Shown in pieces: positions 1-13,007 of a DNA stretch of 64,000 nt. This DNA comes from Azolla caroliniana. Lineage: Eukaryota; Plantae; Polypodiophyta. Within the stretch, counting starts at the first letter, position 1. Every line of letters starts with the position of its first letter. The DNA lies in contig JBHGNT010000003.1 of the NCBI GenBank assembly GCA_043228905.1, positions 24,552,001 through 24,616,000 of the forward strand, in the 5' to 3' direction. Both the position numbers and the translations under genes were made by a program. Below the pieces are notes generated by a model. That model was not told the DNA's origin, did not search any database, and saw only the letters and a program-made list of their open reading frames with translations.

Positions 1-77
1 ATGGAAATTTTCCGCGAGGTAGACTAACCTTGGTGTTCATTAAGAATGTTCTTGTTTGATTGTCTCCCTAGAGTAAC

Positions 78-1892
78 ATAATAGGTACATAGGTTGGAAG
101 GAAAGTTGTTTTGGTCGTTTTCACAATTAAGCTTTGTGGGCTCCGTGTCCTTATAGGACTATCTTTTTGTCAACTCATCTAATAACACAAACTTACAAGG
201 TTTACTTTGCAATAAAATCGTGGGACGACAAAAGAAATTTGTTTTGATAAATACAACACTTTTGAAGGAGAGAGAAGAGGGGGGATTATTGAAGGACGGG
301 GATTATGTTTGTGTGAGATAGATATGTGTGTATCCATGTTTCATAATCAATTACTCATGTTTCTAGTTCTCTTGAAACTTTACCCACACTACAAACAAAG
401 TTGCTTTGTACTAGCAATCACTTCAAAAAACAGGTTGAGCCCTCATAAACAGCTCCCATACTATTTCATCATGGTATAAAATTAAGCAAAGAGATAAAAG
501 TTGATGAACACTTACAAGGGACCCACCTTACATACATTTGTGTTTTTTTCTTACGGGAGCCAGTCCACCATGGGTACTTTTGTTAGAAAAATATATAGTA
601 CCTCTATTTTAAAACATTAAGAAGGCCTTGAGATATGCTTTTGAGACATGTATGTATCCTCAACCTTTGCATCCATTGTAGCATCATCGTTCTCCAGTAG
701 GACGACATTTAACATTTGGTTTCACAGCTATGTGAAGTTAGGTGTAGTAACATCTTATCATCTCCTCCTCACCTAGATATGAAATTTGTCATATGGTTGT
801 TCGTCCATTATAACTACATCCAATTTGGAATTATTGACTTAACTTGGCCACAAATTCTCTGAAATGTTTTCAATAATCCCGACCTCATTTGATGGATACA
901 AACAACATGCCATGGCTATTACTGCTACTATGACACCCTCAAACTTTGTATACATCATAACAACAGCATTCTTAAGTACGATCATGAACAACAATGTGCA
1001 AGGGAGGCATAATAATACCTAATCATCTCCCCCTTACCTATGGCGGGAACTGATCATATGGTTGTTTGGGTATTATATCTATATCAATCTTTGTGTTTTG
1101 ATTTCATCTGTTTATGAATTATGGAAAGTGACTTTTAAAATGTCTCCCAATTCTCTAAAACAATATGTTTTTACATGTATGTGCTCATATAAAAATTCAC
1201 GTTGAAAGGTTGTGCAAATTAGAGTTTGTAGGGGACAATTATGATGAGAATTATGGGTTGTTGGTTACAAATAAATACAAAAGGTGTTCTCTCTCCCTCC
1301 TCCCTTCCCCTTTTGTAGTCACACAATTACATTAAATGCACATTAAGATTACAAAGATGTTGAGCCAAAGTATATAGATATAAGACATTGGTTATAAAAT
1401 ACTTTCACTAGATATAAAGCTTCTTCTTCTTGTCTATCTGGCCACTTAGATCCATATAATTGGTTGTAGCAAGATGGTATCATATCATTTTTTGCACATG
1501 TGAGTGTTTAAGCCCAATACAATGCTAACAACCTAAGAGGACATTATGATGTTTTTAAAGGGAAAAATATTTGCCATGTGATAGTGGCAAAGTGGCAAAG
1601 GTCCACAAAGAACTGTATTCCCAACTCTAAAATGTAAATATATTTTTCCTTTTTATTAATGTCTACATTTATCAAAAGCATCCTTTAGTCTTTCTATGGA
1701 TTGGTTTGATCTTGGATACAACAATAGGTACATAGATTGAAAGGAAATTGATTCGACAATTTTGGCAAGTAAGCTTTGTGGGTTCCTTGTCCTTATAGGA
1801 GTATCTTTATATCAACTAGTCTTTGAGGGTTTACCTTGCAATAAAATTGTGGGAAGACAAAAGAAAATTGTTTTAATAGATTCAACACTTTA
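78..1892 (+). repeat. Diverged direct repeat pair (~180 bp) at ~78-262 and ~1720-1892, possibly old TE termini
   Basis: Colinear blocks ATAGGTACATAG..AAGCTTTGTGGG..CCTTATAGGA..TTGCAATAAAAT(C/T)GTGGGA..GACAAAAGAAA..CAACACTTT occur at both positions. Confidence 0.6.
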
Positions 1893-3597
1893 CACACACA
1901 AGTATATTGAAGGATGGCAAGAAACCCTAAACGGCAAGGAAAAACCATGAAAACACTAAAATCCTAATCCGTAGCTAGGAACCCTAAAACATACAAAGTT
2001 AGAGATATTCATCCTCCACTAGGTTTTCATTGCATACCTTGCATATCGTCATATTTGAAGGATAATGCCATGTTGCTACCTCAACATGGTGTGTGCAAGT
2101 TTGTAAAAGTGTAAGGGTCTTTAAGAGCAACAGGTTCATGGGGAGTAACATGCAATTGGATACACATTGGCATTTTTACATTGTATTGGGCCTAACATTG
2201 AAAGTTAGCATTTGCAATGCAATATTCCAAATTTGTCATTTTGCAACTTCATCATTGTTGCCTCGGGTAATCTACTCTCGATGATCACATCCTTTGTAGC
2301 TTTATTTGAGATCTCCAATAGATCTACTCCCCATCTTTTAAACCATTTCATATTGTTAAGCATCAACCTATATGAGAGGATTTTCGCTCTTGTTAGATTT
2401 TTCAGCTTGCATCTTGATTCCTACATTCCAAGCATGTTTTGACAATATACAATCACGTATATTTTTTACTTTTTTGATATACTTGTATACTCTTTTGCAT
2501 GGGTAATACCTCTATACACTAAATACTTGTTTCTAATAGCATGATAAGATAGGATGTTGAGTATTTAACCCCCAATTGTCTACTTAAGAATAAAATTTGA
2601 ATTCTCTCTATTTTGTTCTATTTATTAAGTGAGATAGTGGCACCCCCACACTTCCACTACGATAAAGCAATGCTTAGACCACCAACCGTAACATTAAACA
2701 GCATCAATCTCACTTTCCGTCCTTGAGTATCACTTTAGTTGGATTGTTCTCAAAGCTTTAACAACTATTCCAACATGCTTGAAGTCTAGACTCATTGTAT
2801 ACATTCTACACGATTGTGAATGGGTCATTTGTGTGTGTGTGTAGAGAGAGAGAGAGGGAGGGAGGGGAGAGAATATGCAAGACTCACAGAGACAACGTAT
2901 TTAGCAAAATGGAAGATGAATATACAATGAAGCTACAAGTAATGGGAAGCATTAATTGATTATATATCAAGGAGAGTTACTTGGTTTAAGCAAAACTTCT
3001 ATGCAAGTACATATAGAAATTATGAAACAATCAAGTAAAGGTGAGAAAGTGAGTGGGATATCAATGATATACACTTTATTCAATGCAATGTTATATCTCG
3101 TTCATTCAGACAATGGTGGATTTTAGCAAATGTACAACAAGGAGCACGAGTGGTTGAGCTTGTTATCTCAATATTTCTTACTCTTTTCCTTTTTTCTTTG
3201 TTTCTTTTTGTTTTTGCTCGTTTGCTCTCCTTTATTCTCTTTAGTTGTTTGCATTAAACAAATCGCATATAAGCTTCCCCCAAATTGTCATCCAGATCCC
3301 CTAGTCCTTGATCATTTTGTCCCAAGTCTTGTTTGCGAGAGTCAAAAGTTTACATCGTCCTCTTGAACTAATATCATTACATAAAATATGCCTCCAAAAG
3401 TTTAAGAGCATGCAAATCAAGTACCTAAATGAGAAGAAACAAATCCAAAATCCGAGAATGACAATGAAGTTTTTCATCAAAAGAGTGTAGAGGAAACACA
3501 CTTGTCACTAGTTTCAATTTGAAGATTATTAATTTGGACTATTTGATGAGGTGGCTGACCAAGATTACTTCTAGATACCAAATGAAGGACGAGAACA

Positions 3598-4030
3598 ATG
3601 GCCACCATGAAGCACTGTCCTCAACATGTTGTTCAACGGAAACAACATACTACACCTATTGTGAAGAGGTAGACTGAATGAAACTCACTCGTCAGTCAAA
3701 ATAACATAAGAGATTGGACATTGATACCTATTGTACCTCCCCAAAGATCACATGTGAAGATAAGGTATGAGATCGAAACCTTGAGACAAATCTTCTTTGT
3801 TCAAAAGTTCATTGATTTCCTAATCCCGAAAGCATCAAGTCGATAGCTAGTGTGCCTGATGTTACAACATTATAATGATACGTTACAAATGCAACGCCTT
3901 GTAGTAGAGGCGTTGCAAGCAGCATTGAAAGCTATTTTAGTGAGGGTGTTTGGAAATATTTTGTGCCTTTAATGGAAAAAGGCTTACAATTATAACCGAA
4001 TATATATAATTAGCATGTCACATATGTTTT
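3598..4030 (+). pseudogene. Decayed, intronless histone H3/CENH3-like sequence
   Basis: Manual translation from ATG 3598: MATMKH...QRSHVKIRYEIETLRQIFFVQKFIDFLIPKASSR*LVCLMLQHYNDTLQMQRLVVEALQAALKAILVRVFGNI, then a +1 shift at ~3961 to CAFNGKRLTIITEYI*LACHI. This is colinear with H3 [93 protein letters not shown]. Several stops and one frameshift. Confidence 0.75.
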
Positions 4031-6271
4031 GATTACTCCACTAGGTCCTATCACATTTAAATTTATTTATCCTCTTTTTGGAAGTCACAAATAAATAATA
4101 TAACAAAATACAACCAAATTATTCTTTTGTTTTGTTGTTTATTACTAATGGAATCATAAGTCTATATCCAACTAGTCTTGAAAACCTGTTTTTTTATTTG
4201 AATAACACCTTTATAATGTGAAAGCTTCTCTAATCGCATTCTCAACCTTTTCCCTTTCTCATTAAACCTTCATGAATTACTCTTCTTGGTTGGCAACTTG
4301 GCACGAAGTTGTTGAAGATAGTTGCTCAAAATTATCACTTACCTTGGGCATAGTCAAAACTAAGTTCATCCTTAAATTGATTGCATATGCAACCTATTGA
4401 ACTTGGTTGTCATATATGTATTGAAGTTTAAGACGTCAATCGTCAGTTTGAAGTTATACACGAGTTTGATGGGTAGAGGGATGGACTGAGTCTCCCCATC
4501 ATTGCCTTAATTTGATTCCGCTACTTTCAATATTACCGAATAGTACAAATGAGGGGTGAACATAATGATTTCTTTGTAAAATAATGAATGTGAAACCTAT
4601 GAGCCTCCGGCTAACCAATTGTTTAAAGCATTCATTTTGGATTATTCAAGCCCTTCAAATTGAGATCGAGAGTAATTACAATGTTGTTACTGCTTGCATT
4701 TACTACATTCACTAAGTTGCATGCAAATTGTGTATGCATGTGTCTGTCTATCTATGCACATGTCCACAAGAGATATGGTATGTACACAAACAGGTTGGAA
4801 AAGTGTTTATTCTATTCTTCTCTCCTTTTGTATTACATGTTTATATGTATTATGCATAGGCCTGGATACTAGTGCATGTATGGGCATGAAGAATCATGCA
4901 TGAAATTTAGTCATAGATGAGCATGCATATACGTGGCTGATTGGATGACCATTCACAATCATTAATGCATTCATATAGCTTATATATCGAATCACATCAT
5001 TGAGCCCCTAGTTCTCCACTTGTTCCACCTTGATTTCATTTAATATTTACCGCCTTATCAACACCTTGCATGCTAGTGCATTTTTAGCCATTGACACTGT
5101 TTTTTTACTTTTTCACAATGCATTCGACATTCTTGTCATAATATCTCAACAAACATAGGAGTTCAAATTCTGTCTTTGAAAGTCAGAAGTCTTTCAGCAT
5201 GTGGGAATTGCTTTAGAAACATACACTATTAGGACATGTGGTATGTAAGTATATGTATTTTTAATACTAGTGTTTTACATAACTACCTCAAATTTGTCAT
5301 GCAAGATGAGAAAAAGATAGGCAAATTCGGGAGCATTCTCTTACTACTTGTTTGCGCTTCAACATCAATTTCATTATTATGAGCAAATTTATAGCAAAAA
5401 GGTATCAATTGTAAGAGAAACAAAAAATGAAGTGTAAAATAATGAAAAGAGCCTCAATGGCTGAAGACCGCATAAATAAACATGTAAGTGACAATAGCAG
5501 TGCACTAAAAACATGAAGTCATGTGAACAAAGAGCACACTACTATATGAAAACATTCAGCAAATACAGCCTGCTAGCACTAAACTTCATTGTGAGAACTA
5601 GCAATTTTGTTAAACCTCTATAGGTTTTGAATATATATGTAATAGATTTACCAACATTCATACTTCGATTCAAATTTTTCTATAGAAATTTCCAGATTTG
5701 AAGATTGCTTGACTTTAAAAGCTCACCTAGAATCTCCATATCTTGCGAGTTAAAACACAAAATAATGAATCTAATTAATTAATCTTCCAAGAACTAGACA
5801 AAAACAAAAACTTCAAAAGCCAAGGGGGATGTTGTTGCATTTTTAGGTGAGCTATTAACAAGCATCACAATGAAATGCATTCCTTGAAATCATGGGTAGC
5901 AAGAATGGCTCCAGCTTGACATTATACAAATATGACTTCTAGCTCATACTGTTACATTACTTCCAATCGATCCAGTACAAAATTCTATTTCGATGTACTA
6001 GTCCCCGATTTTCTTTTAGTAAACGGGTAAGACCAACATTATAGTCAGCCATTAGATGAGGGAAACTAAATAGAAAAGAAATTTCAAAATTGTCATTTAA
6101 ATTAATTTCCTGAATCTGCTGGTTAACATCACACGTGTTTCGTAACTGATAATTATTCAAACACATGTATTTCATTTCACCTCGTTAATGTCGCATCTCT
6201 CAATAATGATATCATCGCTAGCAAGAAAGAGGAACACCAACATTGGTTCCTAATACTGTAATAAAACTCTC

Positions 6272-7704
6272 TTATAATTCATCTTTCAGCACCTCAATAC
6301 CTTCCAAGCCCACACTTTCCCCAACAGTATCCTTGTTCTTATTAATAAAACTGATGAAGTCATCCTTGTTCCTATTACCCTCATAAGGAATCACATTTCC
6401 AGTGGCAGTATGTAGGTATAAAGTTGGAAAGCCTTTGACATCAAATCTCTTATCTGTGATATCATTCGCAGTTGCATCCTACCACAACCAGCAAACGGAT
6501 AAACATGAGAAATAAACAATAGTATTTCTAGATACCTTCAGTGTTTCTATAATATTTCACTATGTATCCAACCTGAAATATATGTGAACATACCAGTTTC
6601 GCAATCACAACATCTGGATCAGATTGTAAAGCAATTGCCACTTCGTCCAAGATTGGCGCTAACTTTTTACAATGTCCACACCATGGTGCATAAAACTCCA
6701 GCAATACTGTGAAGTAAAATATGAATTAACACTGTTTTATTATTTTATCTTTCAATTCGACTGTAGAACAGTTTATAGGAAAAACTCGCTGAAACCCTCA
6801 ACGTTTTTTCTTTTTCTACAAATGTCCTTAAGATTTTGTTATTTCCCTGATGCCCCTGGACAACTCCCAAATGGCATTTGGTGAAAGAGCAAAAACTTAC
6901 GGCATTTGACAGTTTTTCTTTTCTTTTTTGAAAAAAACAGGTATTTTAGAGCTCTCCACTGAAATATATTAAAATGTGAATTAAAACTATCCTTGATCCA
7001 ACAGTGACTTCAAAAAATAAAAACAACTAGCAATCAGATGGAGCTTCTCATTCTCATTGCATACCATTTTTACCAGACTTCAGTACTAATTCGTCAAAAG
7101 TTTCTAACACCACAATCTTAACTGGTTCATCGTTCTTTTCTGGAATGGGCTCAGATTTAAAGAATTCTGATACTTTACCATCCTGCAATAGAAACAACAA
7201 TATTCTTCAGAATAATGAATAGCTTTAGTTTACCTGCAAAAAAACTATGGTATAAAAACATTCTATATCAGAGACATGATTTAGCAACTTAGAAAATTTA
7301 ACCAGAACGATGTCTGTACTCACAAAATAATCCTTCAACCATTGTCTTATATTGCCAGTGTGAACTTTCTCAAGAATGTATTTCTTCTCATCGTTGCCTT
7401 GGATCACAATGGATGGAAGCTTTTCTGTCGTGGCTCCAAAGTACTACAGCAAAGCAAAAACAGATTCCATAAATATCAAAGAAAACAAGTTAGAATATAC
7501 ATAATCCATAAAGATAAAAAGACCACAAGTAAGAAGACATATTTCCTAAGCAAAATGCTGAAGAAGAGAACAATAACAAATAACCGGAAAGCAAATTAAA
7601 TATAAATATATATACATACATACATATATACACATCCCAAACACACACACACACACACATATAGATAGACAGATAGATATATATATATACATTCATAGAT
7701 ATAC

Positions 7705-7737
<33 letters not shown>

Positions 7738-10700
7738 ATGTATATATATACTTCATCATTAATACATTTTACCTGAAGGGCATTTTGCCCATCTACTGTA
7801 TCTGCAATGAGAAACCTCACACCTTTGCCTTTGTATTCTTTAGCAAGTTCCCCAAAAAGCGATGTTATCTCAGCATTATCAGCATTAGCATCCACAAATA
7901 AAAATGCCTACCACAAAGAGGTTGAAATTTTTATAAATAATCAATCCATAGAAATAAAAATGTAGATAGCATGCAAAGCAAAGAGCTAAACTTATACGAA
8001 GAGACCATTGCAATATATTGCAAAAGAAGTCAGTAATAGCATCTACAAATAGAAATACCTACGACAAAAGAGTTGATATTTCTTTAAATAATCAATCCCT
8101 TGGAAGAGCATAAATATCATGCAAAGCAAAGGGCTAAACCAGTAAGAAGATCATTGCAATGCATTGCAACAGAAGTCAGTGTTAGCATCAATAAATAGAA
8201 ATGCCTACGACAAAGAAGTTGAAATTTTTATAAATAGCATGCAAAGCAAAGAGCTAAACTAGTAAGGAGACCATTGCAATGCATTGCAACAGGATTCAGT
8301 CTTAGATCAACAAATAGAAATTCCTACAACAAAGAAGTTGAAATTTTTATAAAGAATTAATCTGTAGGAATAAAAATACAGATAGCAAGCATCACAAAGA
8401 GCTAAAGCTATAAGAAGATACTATTGCAATGCATTGCAAAGAAGCTATTAAAACATTAGATATAATAAAAATTATAAACAATCCAAAACTTTCAGAAAAG
8501 ATCATTACATTGCACCACAAGAAAAACTCTCTAAACCCTTGGAGTTGTAAATTTATAAATAATCAATCGCTAGGAATAAGAACGACCCTGTTATGCAAAG
8601 GAAAAATCTAAACCTACAAGAATTGATCATTGCATCATGCCACAAGAGAAATTCTTAAAACATTTACACAGAATATCACTTTCATGAGATCTATTGATCA
8701 AGCAATTTAAATGCAACAAATCCGGTTACTTAAAGAAGCAATAATTACATTGGTGTAATGGTAATTGCAACAATATAGAAGGAATTCATTGAAGCATAAT
8801 ATTCTCACCTTAGTATATTCAGGTTTTGAAAAAATCTTTGAGAGGTATGTCCTCTGGACAGGATCATTGTTAAATAATACTACAGACGGGATGCTCACAT
8901 CATCTAGGAATTTTTTCACTGCTGCTTTGTTGAATTCCTGCATGAACAAACCATAATTTAGGAGATAAGATAACATGTGATGCAAATCCAGGCATAACAA
9001 AAAATCGTAATTTTAAAAATTAATATCCCAGGTCATTCCGAACTAGATACAAATAAATGAATAAATTACCTTGAGATCATTGAATCCTTCATCAAACTTT
9101 TTGAAAAGACGAATCGCAGGTCCAGTGAGTGCTGTTTCTTTTGTTGGTAGAAAACTGGCATCCAGAGTATGCTTGAATTCGTAATCAGACCGCAGTTCAT
9201 TAGCAACGGAGGTAAAGATAGTGAACTCCTCAGAATCGTATGATGAGAAAACACCCACCTATTTATCCATCAATTCACACATTTGAGGCTTCCATCATTG
9301 CATAAAAGAGAAAATATTTATAAGGGGAATCTCCAAAAAATACCCTTCATTTGTTCTTTATTTTCCCAAATGCCTTTAAGCTGCCATCAATTCCCAAATG
9401 CCAGTGGTAAGCTTCCATTATTCCCAAATGCCATTGGTAAACCAAACTGGCGCAATTGTATGTGCTATTTAAGCATTCGTATGGACACTCATATCCTCTT
9501 TTTTCACTCTTCCAAGAGTTGACCAACAGCATTTAGGGAGTTTACAAAAACTCAGGGATATTTTGGGAAATATAGAAAAGTGAAGGGCTGTTTTGGAGTT
9601 TCTTTCTTATTTAATGATTATACTCACAACAAGAATGTCATTTTCTTCCACAAGTTTATGACCTTCCTCAGAATCTTTGATCTCTTCAGAAGGCGGGGAA
9701 ACTTGCTTCTTCAAATAAGCTACAATGCCATTGGCATCTCTTGGCCCTTTATAATCACGGACAATTTCTCCTTTGTTTTCAATGATCTTCAAAGTTGGAT
9801 ACCCACGGACTTCATATTCGCTTGCCAATGCTTTGTTAGTCTCTTCATTTGCATCAACTTTTGCAAGCACTATAGGAGGATCGTTTTCCTTTAAGATAGA
9901 TGCTGCTTTCTCGTACTGAAAATGATAAAGATTTGTATAACTAACGCGATTAATTTGAAAAAAAAAAATAGAATGCAAAAAACTATGTGCACAAAATATA
10001 CTTTACATGGTTAAAAGGATTTTAAGTCTTACAGATATTATACCTCAGGGGCAAGTTGCTTACAATGGCCACACCTAGATTTGTATAACTAACAATAGAA
10101 TGCAAAAACTAACTAGACAAAATATATTTTAACATGGTTAAAAGGATTTCCAGGCATATGGATATTATACCTCGGGGGCAAGTTGCTTACAATGGCCACA
10201 CCTGTAAAAATGAAGAAGGAATAACATCAGGAACATTTGCAATTAGAGAGCATCAATTTGATCTACACGTCCCACTTTTATATTTTTCAGCCAAACATAC
10301 AGCATCAGGTTAGAATCAGAAATTGTGATTAATTTGCAGCTACAAAATTTAAATTTATTCACAGAAACCATGTTCAAATTCACCTCAAATGTGTATACTG
10401 TTTCCATCACTTAATAAAAGTGGAAAGACTAAACCAAATTGATCCTTCAACACATACAGGAAACACTTTCAAAATTACCTCAAATGTCTATACTCTTTCC
10501 ATCACTTATAAACAGTGGAAAGACTAAACCACAGGGATCCTTCAACACATAATTCAAAGGCCAAAAAACATATTTATAACTAGAACATGCGACAAATTTG
10601 TTGAAAGATAGTTCTACCACAGGAGTTGGGGCCATCATATATCAACCTGCACTGAAACACAGGAAATTATTCAAGTTTTTGTGCCTACCATTTCCATAAT

Positions 10701-12147
10701 TAACAAGCGTATAGAGACTAGATCCATGCAAGATTCATCTGTTGCATGGATCTAGTCTAGATGAACCCAATTCTATTCAAAGCAATGACTCTCAACATCA
10801 TTTGAGCTATCTACCATTTCAATCACTTAGGAAAAGCCTAGAATAAAACAGATGGGTGTGCACTAGATGAATGTAAAGCTCGTAAATCTAAACTTATTAT
10901 TAACAGGAAATCCCACTTCAGAAAACATAGCAAGAAAGTATGGATACATTTATATTACTTACAAATATACAAATATTAGATCCACGCAACAAACGGATTC
11001 ATCACATTAGTTCAACAGAAAAAAGCATGTTTCTTGTATAAGCTATGAAATTTCTTGATAGTGAAATGACAAGAATCACTTCTAAAATCATCAAAAAGAA
11101 GTAATCAATGTATCTATATTAACTTAAAGCTATCGATATTTAGTTAAAGGATTTGCTTTTAAAATAACCTAATCAAGCTTAAATGCATCCACCATTTTCG
11201 CCAGTTGAGACATTAAATCATGCAATGATGGATCTTTCACCACAATCCAAAAAGTAGGAGGCATATTTATAACCAAAACATGCCGACAATACAGTGGAAG
11301 GTAGATATATTATTAAACCCTACCATACATAGCATTCCATGCACAACAGCTTTATCAGGAAATTGAGTTTAATTTAGCACTGCAATTCAATTTATTCAAA
11401 AGCAATAACTTTTAAAAAACACCAAAAAAAAATCCGTGCCTGTCACTTCCATCACTTACTCGAACACTGCATAATTCAATAAAAAGAGCATATTTACAGC
11501 AGAAACATGCAAAAGCTCCAGCAGAATTGTGGATAAAGCTACGAAATTAGAATACTGTTGACAGGAATCAGTTTTGAAAATCGCTAAGGAACGTCAAATG
11601 TCTACCATTTTACCATTTTTATTAATTACAATATTCTCCAGAGATTAAATCCATCGCACAACACACGGATCCTTCAACACATAATTAAGTAGAAAGAATG
11701 CATGTTTATTTTACAACACAGAAATGTAAGGAAAGGAAATACATTTATAATGTTGAACATTACATAGGAAACCTAAACAAATGTAGCATGCTTACTATGC
11801 AAATCATACAAATGAAAAAAAAGATGCAACAAATAGGTGGGAGAAACCTAATTTTAAGCAAGTGAAATTGGCGAGATTACTTTAATAGACAGAAATATAT
11901 CCATACAAGGTGAATGATTGATCCCTTACCAGGGAGCATAGAACTCAACGACAATGAAAGGATGTTCTGCCACAACTTCAGAGAAATTGGTGGAGTCCAG
12001 AACAAGAACATGGTTCTTCTCATCACTATGCTCTTCTTGCTCAGCCAACGCTATGATATTCCATGGCAAAATCAATGTAACAAGAAGAATAAAAAGAAGA
12101 GGATGATCACGATGAAGCAGAGCTGAACATGTATTGGATCGCGGCAT
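6272..12147 (-). CDS. PDIL1: Protein disulfide isomerase (classical a-b-b'-a' PDI, ER-resident)
   Basis: Coding exons with GT-AG borders: 12147-11930, 10201-10171 (or duplicate 10074-10044), 9915-9628, 9258-9070, 8937-8809, 7907-7773, 7443-7324, 7182-7065, 6706-6594, 6478-6272. Signal peptide, two [11 protein letters not shown] motifs, C-terminal KDEL followed by TAA at 6272-6274. Confidence 0.95.
6779..6957. mobile_element. Degenerate Mutator-like MITE in a PDI intron
   Basis: Imperfect foldback: CAAATGTCC/GATGCCC-type motifs on the left are mirrored by GGCATTTG motifs on the right; ends GGAAAAACTC / GAGCTCTCC. Confidence 0.4.
7885..8640. repeat. Degenerate ~130-150 bp tandem array made from the PDI intron/exon-6 junction
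   Basis: TAGCATC..AAATA.AAAT.CCTAC.ACAAA..AGTTGAAATTTT..GCATGCAAAGCAAAG.GCTAAAC..CATTGCAAT recurs at ~7885, 8037, 8183 and 8303, with a weaker copy near 8500. Confidence 0.8.
9323..9606. mobile_element. Mutator-like MITE in a PDI intron
   Basis: Imperfect TIRs: left CTCCAAAAAATACCCTTCATTTGTTCTTTATTTTCCCAAA; reverse complement of right CTCCAAAACAGCCCTTCACTTTTCTATATTTCCCAAA. Subterminal CCCAAATGCC repeats. Confidence 0.6.
9929..10203. repeat. Tandem duplication containing the 31-nt CGHC micro-exon twice
   Basis: AGATTTGTATAACTAAC...ACATGGTTAAAAGGATTT...GATATTATACCTC(A/G)GGGGCAAGTTGCTTACAATGGCCACACCT occurs twice in tandem. Confidence 0.9.
10373..11690. repeat. Degenerate tandem repeats within the long PDI intron
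   Basis: Close pair at 10373-10455 and 10468-10551 (CCTCAAATGT.TATACT.TTTCCATCACTTA..AGTGGAAAGACTAAACCA..GATCCTTCAACACATA), with weaker copies at ~10680, 10810, 11190, 11440 and 11600-11680. Confidence 0.6.
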
Positions 12148-12706
12148 CTTTATGGGCCTGCTTGCATATTACGTGGGTCAAGTTAGTGAACAATAATATT
12201 CAGGAAAAAATAACGAAATCTGAAGAAATGAATGAGTGAAAAGAAACGGTAATATATATATATATATATATGAAAAACTGAGAACGCTTTCTTGCCAGTA
12301 ATTACTACATAAATAGAAGTAGCAAGAAATTTCTCGTCTGCTTCATTTCTGACTGTTGTTGAAACCTAATTAGATTCTTCTTTTCTTATTCTTCTTCCTT
12401 CCCTCTTCAAACGTTCTGCATTAGAGCAAAAAAAAAATTCTTCTCTCCTCATCAATATTTATGGAAAACGACGATTCTTTCTCTTCCTCTTCGATGTTTA
12501 CGGAATACAACACGCCTCCTCCACCACCACCACCACCACCACCACCGTCTCCGTTTCTATAATCCTTTGGGAATTTTCTTCGTCTTCCCATTTTTCTCAT
12601 CTCTTTCTGTGTGTGTACATATATCTACATCAAACCGAACGGGGGAGGAGCCAGATGGGAGGAAACAGAGTGAGGTATTTGCGATCAGGTAGCAGAAACA
12701 TTTACC

Positions 12707-12790
12707 TCGTGAATGGATAGCAGAGTCGTCGATCTTCTCTCGTTCTCGCCTTCCTTTCTGAAGAGCCGCTGGCTATGGCGTTCTCTCTAG
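12707..12790 (-). other. Probable non-coding 5' UTR exon of the PDI gene (intron ~12706-12158)
   Basis: On the minus strand, donor GAG|GTAAAT near 12706 and acceptor CAG at 12160-12158, 10 nt upstream of the ATG. It lies just downstream of the ERSE. The TSS is approximate. Confidence 0.55.
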
Positions 12791-12862
12791 TTAGTCTCTG
12801 TGTAGCTGAGCGACGGCCCCACGTCTGGACGACGTTTGTTTCAAAGCCGAGACGTGGTTCGC

Positions 12863-12884
12863 CCAATCACAGCCCGCCACGTCA
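12863..12884 (+). promoter_or_regulatory. ER stress response element ERSE-I (CCAAT-N9-CCACG) overlapping a CCACGTCA UPRE-like core
   Basis: CCAAT CACAGCCCG CCACG TCA is an exact consensus match upstream of a PDI gene. Extra ACGT boxes at ~12819-12857. Confidence 0.85.
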
Positions 12885-13007
12885 ATCCTCGGTCCAATGG
12901 GAAGACACCGCAAAATATCTCACATTTTCTGAGTTTATTCTATTTGCCAGAAATGCCCCTATATTCTCCTTATTTCCTGAAATACCCCTCCCGGGTTTTA
13001 CATCGGG

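Noticed and set aside
7490-7760. ORFs with CVCV/YIYI or ERER runs (also 45550-45867, 45975-46214)
   Set aside because: Translations of (CA)n, (TA)n and (CT)n microsatellites
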